From Alkalispirochaeta sp. (lineage in GTDB: Bacteria > Spirochaetota > Spirochaetia > DSM-27196 > Alkalispirochaetaceae): 64,000 bases of DNA. The stretch covers positions 2,976,001-3,040,000 of the forward strand of contig OZ271854.1 of NCBI GenBank assembly GCA_965601925.1. The letters run 5' to 3'. Shown here piece by piece: positions 28,392 to 37,331 of the stretch; positions within the stretch are counted from its first letter, which is position 1; each line of letters starts with the position of its first letter. A program made the translations under genes and the position numbers. Under the pieces are notes generated by a model. That model had not been told where the DNA came from. It searched no databases and saw nothing but the letters and a program-made list of their open reading frames with translations.

Positions 28392-31300
28392 GTGTCTCAA
28401 TCGTATTATCTCGGAATCGACATTGGTTCTACGACGGTAAAAATCGCGTTGGTCGACCCCTCCGACCACCGTGTCATATATCATCGGTATCTTCGCCACG
28501 GCGCGCGTCAACGGCAAACCGTCGTTCGCCTCCTGGAGGAGTTGGACGGCGCCATGCCGGACGCGCAGATTCGCCCGTGCTTTACCGGGAGCGGCGCCCG
28601 CACAATCTCTCAAGGGATCGACCTCGGATATATCCAAGAGGTCGTCGCCAACAGCCTCGCGGTGCGGCGGTTTCATCCCGACGCTCGCGTCGCGATCGAA
28701 CTCGGCGGACAAGATGCCAAGGTCATCTTCTTCCACCCCGACCCGGCGACCGGAGAGCTTCGGGCCTCCGACATGCGGATGAACGGAAGTTGCGCCGGCG
28801 GAACGGGGTCGTTTATCGACGAGGTCGCCAAGTTACTGCAGACGCCGGTCGAACAGTTCGACGACTTGGCGGCGCGAGGGGAGCGACTCCACCAGATTTC
28901 CGGCCGTTGCGGCGTGTTTGCCAAGACGGATATCCAGCCGCTACTCAATCAGGGGGTCGATCGCAGTGAGTTGGCGCTATCGACCTTCCACGCCGTGGCG
29001 CGACAGACGATCGGCGGGTTGGCCCAGGGCCTGCGTATCGAGCCGCCGGTTATCTTTCAAGGCGGGCCGCTGACGTTCAACCACACCTTGGTATCGGTCT
29101 TTGCGGAGCGGTTGGGGCTGGAAAAGCATCAGATCATCCGGCCCGATCGACCCGAGATTTTCGTGGCCCACGGTGCGGCGATGTCGATTCCGTTGATCTT
29201 TCCCGACACACCTACGATGAGTGTCGAGGAGTTGACGCGTCGCATTGAGCGTTCCGCGCGCGGTACTACCGACCCTCACGCCCCGGAGGAGGCCGGGGGA
29301 CGGGAGACGACGGATCGTCTCGATGCAGCGATGTTTTTCGCCGACGCCACCGAACGGGAGGAGTTTGCCGCCCGTCATCGCCGTGCGCACTACGAGCGTG
29401 CGACGTACGCTCCCGGCACCCGCGTTCCCATCTACATCGGGATCGATGCCGGTTCGACCACGACCAAGATGGTCCTTCTCGATGAGCGCGGCGACCTCTT
29501 GGACTCCGCCTACGCCCACAACGAAGGCGACCCGTTGCGTACCGGTGCGCGCCTGTTGGGCGATCTGTTGGAGCGGTACGAGGCCGAAGGGGTCGAGATG
29601 CCGATTCTCGGACTGGGAACGACCGGTTACGGGGAGCGACTCTTTGCCGCCGCCTTCAAGGCCGACTACCACACCGTCGAGACGGTCGCCCACGCCCACG
29701 CCGCACTCCGGGTCGAGCCCGCCGCGAGCTTCGTCCTCGACATCGGCGGTCAGGACATGAAGGCGATTACCGTAACCGACGGTATCGTAACCGCCATCAG
29801 CCTCAATGAGGCGTGCTCCGCCGGGTGCGGATCGTTTCTGGAGAACTTTGCCGCCACCCTTCACGTTCCGGTCGAGGATATCGCCGAGATGGCCTTTGCC
29901 GCGACCTCTCCGAGTCGCCTCGGATCGCGCTGCACCGTCTTTATGAACTCCTCCATTATCACCGAGCAGAAAAACGGCAAGAGCCGCGAGGACATACTCG
30001 CGGGGCTGTGCCGTTCGATCGTGGAGAACGTCTTCACTAAGGTAGTGCGAGTTCCCAACTTCTCGGCGCTTGGCGATACGGTCGTCGTACAGGGCGGCAC
30101 GTTCGAGAACGACGCCGTATTGCGAGCGCTGGAACAGTACACCGACCGGCGGGTCGTCCGCGCGCCCTTTCCCGGGCTGATGGGTGCGATCGGCGTGGGG
30201 CTGCTCACTCGGGACGCCGTAGCGGCTCGACACGACGGGGATGAAACGCCGACGAGCGCCTTTGCCGGTCTCTCGGCCTTGCGCTCCTTCGACTTCGAAC
30301 AGGAGAGCGGGCTGGTATGTCCCTTTTGTGCCAATGCGTGCAATCGTACCGCCGTCCACTTCGCCGACGGGAGCCATTTCGTCACCGGCAATCGGTGTGA
30401 GCGGGGAGAGATTCTGCAACCGCCGGACGCCGAGGCGGGGCGCGAGCGGCTGCGTGCAATCGGACGGCGGCGCGGTGCGGTGCCCAACCTCATGGAAGAG
30501 CGCGCGTCACTCCTCAATGCCCGTCCCAGCGTCGAGACGTTACGAGAGAACGAAACGCGCACGATAGGGATTCCCCGGGCCCTGGAGTTTTGGCACAGCC
30601 TTCCGTTCTGGCGAGCCTTCTGGACCGCGCTGGGATTCAAGGTTGCGGTATCGGCCGAGAGCAGCCGAGAGCTTTTTGAGCGCGGCCTTCCCTCCGTGCC
30701 CTCCGATACGGTCTGTTTTCCCGCCAAACTGAGCCACGGACACCTTCTCGACCTGCTCGATCGCGGCGTGGACCGGATCTTCATGCCGATGATCAACCGG
30801 ATGCCGCCGGAAAACGGCTCGACGACGAGCAACCATGTGTGCGCGGTCGTCAAGGGGTATCCGATGGTGCTCGAGGTGAGCGACGAACCGACGACCCGGC
30901 ACGGCGTGCCCTTCGATCGTCCTATGTTCCACTGGCTCGACGCACGGTCGAGAAAACGGCAGATCGAGCGCTGGGTGCACGGCGAGTTCGGTATCGAATC
31001 GGCCACCGTGCGCCGCGCCATAGCGATCGGTGACGACGCCCAACGCCGTTTCGAAGAAGCGCTGCGTCGCCGCGGCGCCGAAGTACTGGCCGAGCTGGAC
31101 GGAACCGACCGATTCGCGGTGGTCATCGCCGGGAGACCGTACCATAGCGACCGACTCGTCAACCACGATCTCGCCTCGTTTTTCGTCGAGCAGGACATAC
31201 CGGTACTCACCGTCGACAGCCTTCCCGGGCTCAACGACTCCGACCTCGGCGCCACCCGCGCCGAGTTGACGATCAACTTTCACGTACGGATGTACGGCGC

Positions 31301-32849
31301 CGCGGTTCAGACCTCGGCGCACCCGAACCTGGAGCTGGTCCAAGTGGTCAGCTTCGGCTGCGGCCACGACGCGGTGATCTCCGACGAGGTGGTGCGACTC
31401 ATGGAGGAGAGCTCCTCCAAGACGCCGCTGACCCTCAAGCTCGACGAGACCGATGTGCAGGGGCCGCTCGCGATTCGCATCCGTTCCTTCATCGAGACGG
31501 TGAGAAGCCGACGCGAACGGATCGCGCGGGCTCGAGACGCCGAGGACGGGCCGGTGGACGGCGGGTTCGCGTATGGAATCGAACGCTACGAACCGGCCGA
31601 CCCCTTTCCGGTGAAGTATCGCAAGGAACACCGCAAGGAGAAGGTCATCCTCGCACCGAACGTGAGCCGCTCCTTCGCACAGGTCATCACGGCGGCGATC
31701 CGGGCGGAGGGGTACCGCATCGAACCGTTGCCGATGGCCGATCGGCGTGCGATAGAGCTCGGCAAGCGTTACGTTCACAACGACATGTGCTTTCCCGCCC
31801 AGGTGAACGTCGGTGAGACGCTGCGAGCGCTGGAGTTGGGCGTCGTCGATCCCGATATCGCCGTCTGCGGGCTCGCGAAGAGCCAGTGCGACTGTAGACT
31901 TGCACACTATGCGAGCCTCGCGCGCCGCGCCCTCGACGACGCGGGCTATCGGCAGGTACCGATCATTACCACCGATCAGGACACCAAAAACATGCATCCC
32001 GGCTTCTCGTTGGGACCCTTGTTCCAGTTGCGGATGCTGTGGGCCCTGGCGATCATCGACGCTTTGGAGGATCTGCGTCTGAGACTCAGGCCGTACGAGC
32101 GTGAGCAAGGGAGTATCAATCGCGCCTTCGAGGCCGGGACGGAGGCTGTCGCCGCAGCCTTGGAACATTCGATCCGCAAAGCCGTCGCCGCGTACCGCCG
32201 GGCCGTCGATGCACTCTCGGCCGTGCCGCTCCGGGAGGTTCCCGACCGGCCCAAGGTCTTCGTGATCGGAGAGTTCCTGCTCAACTTTCATCCGACGAGC
32301 AACTTCGACATTGTGAACTACTTAGAGGCCAACGGCATGGAGGTGATTCTCCCCAACATTCTCGACTCCTTTCGGCGCGACTTCATGCGCATGAAGACCG
32401 AGCGCAAGGAGTTTTTCATCCGTTACCCGTTGGCCGACACGGTACTCGCCGGCATCACCGATACACTGTTCGACCACGTTTTGGACAAGGTCGCCTCGAT
32501 AGCCGAGACAAATCCGCGGTATGAGCGCCGCGTTCCCCTACCGGAAATTGCGAAGTATTCCGAGGAGATCGTGCACCATACCTTCACCTCCGGAGAGGGG
32601 TGGTTGATCGCCGGTGAGATTCTCCACCACGCGGCCCACGGCGTGCGATCCTTTCTCATTTTGCAGCCCTTCGGGTGTCTGCCCAACCATGTGACCGGGC
32701 GCGGTCTCGTGAAACGGTTCAAGGAGATCCATCCCGATGCGCAGATTCTGAGTCTCGACTACGATCCCGACACGAGTTTCGCCAATATCGAAAATCGTCT
32801 GCAAATGCTTATTTTGAACAGCCGCCTCGGCTCCGGCGTCACGCCGTAG
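28392..32849 (+). CDS. plsA: PlsA/PlsR-type fused activator-reductase (2x BadF/BcrAD ASKHA ATPase + DUF2229 + 2-hydroxyacyl-CoA dehydratase-like domains), putative anaerobic plasmalogen synthase
   Basis: GIDIGSTT...ELGGQDAK...CAGGTG...RCGVF, then GIDAGSTT...DIGGQD...CSAGCG...RCTVF, then CPFCANAC, GNRCE, TVCFPAK, SFGCGHD, NDMCFPA, GEGWL, QPFGCLPNH. AAGGAG SD and TTGCAC-N18-TACACT promoter. The function is inferred from architecture. Confidence 0.75.
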   Translation: MSQSYYLGIDIGSTTVKIALVDPSDHRVIYHRYLRHGARQRQTVVRLLEELDGAMPDAQIRPCFTGSGARTISQGIDLGYIQEVVANSLAVRRFHPDARVAIELGGQDAKVIFFHPDPATGELRASDMRMNGSCAGGTGSFIDEVAKLLQTPVEQFDDLAARGERLHQISGRCGVFAKTDIQPLLNQGVDRSELALSTFHAVARQTIGGLAQGLRIEPPVIFQGGPLTFNHTLVSVFAERLGLEKHQIIRPDRPEIFVAHGAAMSIPLIFPDTPTMSVEELTRRIERSARGTTDPHAPEEAGGRETTDRLDAAMFFADATEREEFAARHRRAHYERATYAPGTRVPIYIGIDAGSTTTKMVLLDERGDLLDSAYAHNEGDPLRTGARLLGDLLERYEAEGVEMPILGLGTTGYGERLFAAAFKADYHTVETVAHAHAALRVEPAASFVLDIGGQDMKAITVTDGIVTAISLNEACSAGCGSFLENFAATLHVPVEDIAEMAFAATSPSRLGSRCTVFMNSSIITEQKNGKSREDILAGLCRSIVENVFTKVVRVPNFSALGDTVVVQGGTFENDAVLRALEQYTDRRVVRAPFPGLMGAIGVGLLTRDAVAARHDGDETPTSAFAGLSALRSFDFEQESGLVCPFCANACNRTAVHFADGSHFVTGNRCERGEILQPPDAEAGRERLRAIGRRRGAVPNLMEERASLLNARPSVETLRENETRTIGIPRALEFWHSLPFWRAFWTALGFKVAVSAESSRELFERGLPSVPSDTVCFPAKLSHGHLLDLLDRGVDRIFMPMINRMPPENGSTTSNHVCAVVKGYPMVLEVSDEPTTRHGVPFDRPMFHWLDARSRKRQIERWVHGEFGIESATVRRAIAIGDDAQRRFEEALRRRGAEVLAELDGTDRFAVVIAGRPYHSDRLVNHDLASFFVEQDIPVLTVDSLPGLNDSDLGATRAELTINFHVRMYGAAVQTSAHPNLELVQVVSFGCGHDAVISDEVVRLMEESSSKTPLTLKLDETDVQGPLAIRIRSFIETVRSRRERIARARDAEDGPVDGGFAYGIERYEPADPFPVKYRKEHRKEKVILAPNVSRSFAQVITAAIRAEGYRIEPLPMADRRAIELGKRYVHNDMCFPAQVNVGETLRALELGVVDPDIAVCGLAKSQCDCRLAHYASLARRALDDAGYRQVPIITTDQDTKNMHPGFSLGPLFQLRMLWALAIIDALEDLRLRLRPYEREQGSINRAFEAGTEAVAAALEHSIRKAVAAYRRAVDALSAVPLREVPDRPKVFVIGEFLLNFHPTSNFDIVNYLEANGMEVILPNILDSFRRDFMRMKTERKEFFIRYPLADTVLAGITDTLFDHVLDKVASIAETNPRYERRVPLPEIAKYSEEIVHHTFTSGEGWLIAGEILHHAAHGVRSFLILQPFGCLPNHVTGRGLVKRFKEIHPDAQILSLDYDPDTSFANIENRLQMLILNSRLGSGVTP

Positions 32850-32928
32850 TCTCTGTCAAACAGGCGTCTGCGTCGTGTGTCACGGTGCCGCCGTCGGTGA
32901 ATGCGTCGCCCCCCTCTACGGGAAGCGG

Positions 32929-32957
32929 TTGCCGTCACGCGTCCCGAGCGCTACACT
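32929..32957 (+). promoter_or_regulatory. Sigma-70 promoter of pgmB-ALDH, leaderless-type geometry
   Basis: TTGCCG-N17-TACACT-N7-ATG. Confidence 0.55.
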
Positions 32958-32964
32958 GCCTTGC

Positions 32965-33618
32965 ATGAAGGCCGTACTATTCGATCTCGACGGCGTCGTC
33001 GTCTACACCGACGCCTATCACTATCGAGCGTGGAAGCGTCTCGCGGATGAGGAAGGATGGCGTTTCGACGAGACGCAGAACGATCGGCTGCGAGGTGTCT
33101 CGCGCCTCGCTTCGCTGCAGATCATCCTCGATCTCAACGGCGTCGAGCTTACGCCGGAGCGCAAAGAGGAGCTCGCTACGCGCAAGAACGAGTATTACAA
33201 GGCGCTCCTCGAAACGATCGACGAGACGGCCCTCGTGCCCGGTGCACTCGATTTTATCCGCGCCCTTCGCCGCGAGAGTATTCTGATCGGCCTGGGTAGC
33301 AGCAGCCGCAACGCTCAGATGGTCCTGGACAAGCTCGGTATCGCGGATCTCTTCGACGCAACGGTCACCGGTCACGATATCAAACGCTCCAAGCCCGATC
33401 CCGAGATATTTCTCCTCGGGGCGCGCACGTTGGGTGTAGAGCCCGCCGAGTGCGTCGTCTTCGAGGATGCGCCGAGCGGTGTCGAGGCGGCCTTGGCCGG
33501 CGGTATGATCGCCGTCGGCTTCGGACCTACCGAGGGGCTGGACGCCGCCGATATCCTCGTCGCCTCCTACGACGGACTCGATTACGCCGAGTTTCTGCGC
33601 CGTCTCGACGCGCGTTGA
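32965..33618 (+). CDS. pgmB: Beta-phosphoglucomutase
   Basis: FDLDGV..T..YHYRAWK, LRGVSR..SL, SSSRNA, SKPDPEIF, VFEDA. Confidence 0.9.
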   Translation: MKAVLFDLDGVVVYTDAYHYRAWKRLADEEGWRFDETQNDRLRGVSRLASLQIILDLNGVELTPERKEELATRKNEYYKALLETIDETALVPGALDFIRALRRESILIGLGSSSRNAQMVLDKLGIADLFDATVTGHDIKRSKPDPEIFLLGARTLGVEPAECVVFEDAPSGVEAALAGGMIAVGFGPTEGLDAADILVASYDGLDYAEFLRRLDAR

Positions 33619-33641
33619 CTTCCCCGCCGAGGAGGTGTTTC

Positions 33642-35051
33642 ATGGCCGATACCGCTGCCGCGCCGACGGTAGATATCGACGCGTTGGTCGAACGACAACG
33701 CACCTTTTTTCGCAGTGCCGCGACGCTGCCCCGCGCTTATCGCCTCGGTGCGCTCTCCACCCTCGCGGCGGCGATCGAGTCTCGAGAGGACGCGATCACC
33801 GATGCGCTGAAGAGCGACCTGGGAAAGGGCGCGTTCGAGGCGTACACCAGCGAGATCGCGCTTCTTTACGAGGAGATCCGTCTCGCGAGAAGGAGTCTGC
33901 GCCGCTGGATGCGTACCGAGCGCGTCTCGACACCGATCGTTCACGCGCCGGGGCGAAGTCGCATTATCCGTCGCCCCCGCGGCGTCTCGGCGGTGTTGAG
34001 CCCGTGGAACTATCCGTTTCAACTCGCCCTTGCGCCGGTCGTCGCCTCGATCGCCGCGGGCAACTGCACCATTCTCAAGCCTTCGGAGTTCGCTCCGGCT
34101 ACCTCGCGGGTCATTGCACGGATGATTCGAGAGCACTTCGACGAGGCGTATCTGGCGTGTGTGGAGGGTGCCGGTGCGCTCGCCGCCCGCCTCACCGCCG
34201 CGGAAGTGGACCACATTTTTTACACCGGAAGCACGCGCATCGGCCGTATCGTCATGCGCACCGCCGCAGAACGTCTCGTGCCGGTATCCCTTGAGCTCGG
34301 CGGCAAGTCGCCGGCAATTGTGAGTTCGACGGCGCGTATCGATGTAGCGGCGCGCAGGGTCATGTGGGGCAAGGTGTTGAACGCCGGACAGACGTGCGTC
34401 GCCCCCGACTACGTGTGCGTCCACCGAACGGTACTCGATGCGTTTCTCGACGGCCTTTCGGCGGCGTTGCACGCCTTTTACCCGAAAGGGCCGGCCGGGA
34501 CCACCGACTACGGACGCATCGTGAACGAGGCCCACTTCGACCGCCTCTCCCAACTTATGGATCGCCAGGCCGATCGGGTGAGCGCCGGAATCGGCGGGAC
34601 GAGAGATCGCGACGAGCGCTATATCGCGCCCACCGTCTACGCACCGGTCGCGTGGGACGATCCCATCATGGAAGACGAGATTTTCGGACCTCTGTTGCCC
34701 GTCATAGTCTACGACGACTTCGAGCGACTGATAGAGACGATCGCGGTACGTCCGACGCCGTTGGCGGCGTATATGTTCAGTGAGGATCGCGCCGAGATAC
34801 GACGCTTCGAGCGCCGGCTACCCTTCGGGGGCGCGACGATTAACGATACGGTGGTGCACCTGACCAATCCCAAGCTCCCGTTCGGAGGGAGCGGTCCGAG
34901 CGGCATGGGAAGTTACCACGGCGTGGCCGGTTTTCGCGAGTTCAGCCATACTGCCGCGGTTCTAAGACGCTCCTCGCGCTTCGACGTGCCGCTCAAATAT
35001 CCGCCCTACGGAGACTCTCTCAAGCTGGTTCGCCGTTTGATGAAGCCGTAA
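33642..35051 (+). CDS. Aldehyde dehydrogenase (ALDH3 / fatty-aldehyde dehydrogenase-like)
   Basis: PWNYPFQL, FYTGS, LELGGKSP, NAGQTCVAPDY, EIFGPLLP, PFGGSG.SGMG.YHG, C-terminal YPPY. GGAGG SD. Confidence 0.9.
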   Translation: MADTAAAPTVDIDALVERQRTFFRSAATLPRAYRLGALSTLAAAIESREDAITDALKSDLGKGAFEAYTSEIALLYEEIRLARRSLRRWMRTERVSTPIVHAPGRSRIIRRPRGVSAVLSPWNYPFQLALAPVVASIAAGNCTILKPSEFAPATSRVIARMIREHFDEAYLACVEGAGALAARLTAAEVDHIFYTGSTRIGRIVMRTAAERLVPVSLELGGKSPAIVSSTARIDVAARRVMWGKVLNAGQTCVAPDYVCVHRTVLDAFLDGLSAALHAFYPKGPAGTTDYGRIVNEAHFDRLSQLMDRQADRVSAGIGGTRDRDERYIAPTVYAPVAWDDPIMEDEIFGPLLPVIVYDDFERLIETIAVRPTPLAAYMFSEDRAEIRRFERRLPFGGATINDTVVHLTNPKLPFGGSGPSGMGSYHGVAGFREFSHTAAVLRRSSRFDVPLKYPPYGDSLKLVRRLMKP

Positions 35052-36081
35052 CGGGGTGGGAGGAGTCTTCCACGCGGGCGCGCTCGATGAGCCGGAGTGC
35101 CGACCGAGCGTCGGCGGTGGCGTAGAGTCGTTCGAGAAGTGCCCGACCCGCTGCGTGATGAACCGGGACGTAGTTGCGATAGAACTTCTTCAAAACCTCG
35201 TAGTTGCGCGTCTTACCCCACCTCATCGTATAGCGCTCAATGTGTTCGGCCGCCATCGACAGACGCGTATCCCAATCGACCTCGGCCCACGCCGCCAGGC
35301 CGGGCGTCACGTCGCGGACAAAGAGCCACGGATCGCGGAATATGCCGCGTCCGACCATGACGCCGTCGATTCCCGTTTGCTCGATGAGCCGTCGGGCGTG
35401 GGAGAGACTTCGCACATCGCCGTTGCCGAGGATCACCGTTTCGGGCGCGAGCTCGTCTCGCAGCAGAACGACGCGCGCCATTTCCCTCCAATCGGCCCAA
35501 CCGTCGGACATTTGCGTCGCCGTGCGCGGATGCACCGTAAGCGCGTCCGGACGTTGGTCGAGCAGAAAGGCGCACCACTGCTCGGTACGGCGATGCTCGA
35601 CGCCGATGCGCGTCTTGACGCTTACCGGTAGCGAGCCGCCCTCGCGACACGCGTGGATGATCTCCGCCGCCAGCGGCGGATCGTCGATCAATGCGGCGCC
35701 GGAGCGCGCTTTTCTGATTTTGCGTACCGGGCATCCCATGTTGATATCGACACCGTCGAAACCCACCGTCTCCAGCGCCGAGGCGGCGCGAAGGAACTCT
35801 TCGGGACGAGTCCCCCACAGTTGGGCGATCAGCGGTCTCTCGTCTTCGGTGAACTGAAGTCGTCCGTTGATCGGCCGCCCGGCAGCCCGATCGTCTACGG
35901 CGCGAAACGCCGCGTCCACCCGCGTAAACTCGGTAAACATCACCGCGGGGCCGCGACTCGCGTCACCGGAGACGCGTAACGACCACAGCCGTACCAAGTG
36001 TCGAAACACCGTGTCGGTGACGTCTTCCATCGGTGCCAGTGAGAATATCGGTTTGGGAAGCTCTTTCCATACGTTGCACAC
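35020..36081 (-). CDS. dus: tRNA-dihydrouridine synthase
   Basis: LAPMEDVTD, AQLWG, DINMGCP, SVKTRIG, LTVHPRT, GNGDV, GVMVGRG. Promoter TTGGAA-N17-TATGAT-N8-GTG. Confidence 0.9.
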   Translation of the reverse strand: MCNVWKELPKPIFSLAPMEDVTDTVFRHLVRLWSLRVSGDASRGPAVMFTEFTRVDAAFRAVDDRAAGRPINGRLQFTEDERPLIAQLWGTRPEEFLRAASALETVGFDGVDINMGCPVRKIRKARSGAALIDDPPLAAEIIHACREGGSLPVSVKTRIGVEHRRTEQWCAFLLDQRPDALTVHPRTATQMSDGWADWREMARVVLLRDELAPETVILGNGDVRSLSHARRLIEQTGIDGVMVGRGIFRDPWLFVRDVTPGLAAWAEVDWDTRLSMAAEHIERYTMRWGKTRNYEVLKKFYRNYVPVHHAAGRALLERLYATADARSALRLIERARVEDSSHPVTASSNGEPA

Positions 36082-36170
36082 GCGCGGTAATCATACGGCA
36101 ATGACTTGAGCGTTCCAAGGCGAAGTACAATACTTACAGTACGCGTCTCGGTGGATACTGCAAAAGGAGC

Positions 36171-37331
36171 GTGTCGGTGGACTCCTATATCGTATTGGTT
36201 GATGATGAGCAGTCGATTCTCAACGCCCTCAGGCGAGAGTTGAGGAAGTGGGCCAAAGAGCGGGGGCTTCAGTTTTTTCTCGCCAACTCGGGTGAGGAGG
36301 CGCTCGAGTTTCTGGGCGAGCACTACCTCGACGTTGTTCTCCTGATGTCGGATCAGAAGATGCCGGGAGTCAAGGGACACGAGCTCCTCTCGACGTGCGC
36401 CCAGCGGTACCCCAACATCATCTTGATGATGCTGACCGGATATACCGATATCAACGACATCGTGAAGACGATCCGCGCCGGGGTGTACAGCTTCATCTTG
36501 AAACCGTGGGATCACGACGATCTGATCTACGAGGTCACCAAGGCGTACAACGTTCACGAGGCGCGGGAAAAGAACGCCGCCTATCTCAAGCGCATAAAAA
36601 ATGAAGTCTCGTTGGCGCGGGCTATCGGAGAGCGTCTGAGTCCTCGGGAGTCGCGCGCAATCGGCCCGCATCGCCTTGTGTCCTACACTGCCCATTCCGC
36701 CGATCATAACGGCACATCCAAAGAGTACTTTCGGTGTCTCGATACCGGCGAGCGTTTGTCGGTGATCTTCTCGATACATGTACAGGCGAATCCGGTGCAG
36801 GGAGCGCTCGTCGGTGCCACCGCCGCGCTGGAGCTTCAGCGGGCGGTATTGGAACCGGCCGAGGCGGAGCCGGCATCCGGCGCGCTTCTCACGAGACTCT
36901 CGAAGACCATGGACGAGGTCTTTACGGTGCAACCCGACCTCCTCGTGGGAATGTCTCTTGCAGTGTTCGATCGAGAGAGCGGGACACTCACCTTCAGTGC
37001 CGAGGGATATCCGCCCTGGGTGCTTATCCGCTCCGACGGGTTCGCCGAAATCGAACCTACCGACGCCTCGGCGGGCGAGTTGGAAGAGCAAACGGTACGT
37101 CTCGACAGCGGCGATATCGTCGCTATACCGGGGCCGGGGCTTCGGGAGGTGTTGGTGGACACCGAGGACGATCCGCGACCGTCACGCAGCCTCGCCCGTT
37201 TGGTGCGCGAGCATCTGGAACGCGAGAGCCCCGAGGAGGCGTGTCGCGCCATCTGTGACGATTCCGGCGCCGAAGACGGTACCCCCCGGGGCGCCACCGA
37301 TCGAAGTCTCGCGCTTCTCATGGTGCAATGA
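36171..37331 (+). CDS. Response regulator with a degenerate SpoIIE/PP2C-like output domain
   Basis: Receiver VDDE, SDQKMP, LTG and KPW are intact. The C-terminus shows the PP2C fold pattern (LTFSAEGYPP, LDSGD) but lacks the metal-binding Asp residues. Confidence 0.8.
   Translation: MSVDSYIVLVDDEQSILNALRRELRKWAKERGLQFFLANSGEEALEFLGEHYLDVVLLMSDQKMPGVKGHELLSTCAQRYPNIILMMLTGYTDINDIVKTIRAGVYSFILKPWDHDDLIYEVTKAYNVHEAREKNAAYLKRIKNEVSLARAIGERLSPRESRAIGPHRLVSYTAHSADHNGTSKEYFRCLDTGERLSVIFSIHVQANPVQGALVGATAALELQRAVLEPAEAEPASGALLTRLSKTMDEVFTVQPDLLVGMSLAVFDRESGTLTFSAEGYPPWVLIRSDGFAEIEPTDASAGELEEQTVRLDSGDIVAIPGPGLREVLVDTEDDPRPSRSLARLVREHLERESPEEACRAICDDSGAEDGTPRGATDRSLALLMVQ

Noticed and set aside
28977..32291. 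Long antisense ORFs (471-583 aa) opposite the first activator-reductase
   Set aside because: Shadow ORFs expected in high-GC coding DNA, with no motifs or start signals. The same applies to similar ORFs opposite other genes.
28392..32849. Benzoyl-CoA reductase or amino-acid-fermentation 2-hydroxyacyl-CoA dehydratase
   Set aside because: Those are multi-subunit systems with CoA transferase/ligase neighbours. The fused double-activator layout and lipid-gene context fit the PlsA family better, though this is untested.
33450..33641. Extended N-terminus of the aldehyde dehydrogenase
   Set aside because: It overlaps pgmB out of frame, and a GGAGG SD supports ATG 33642.
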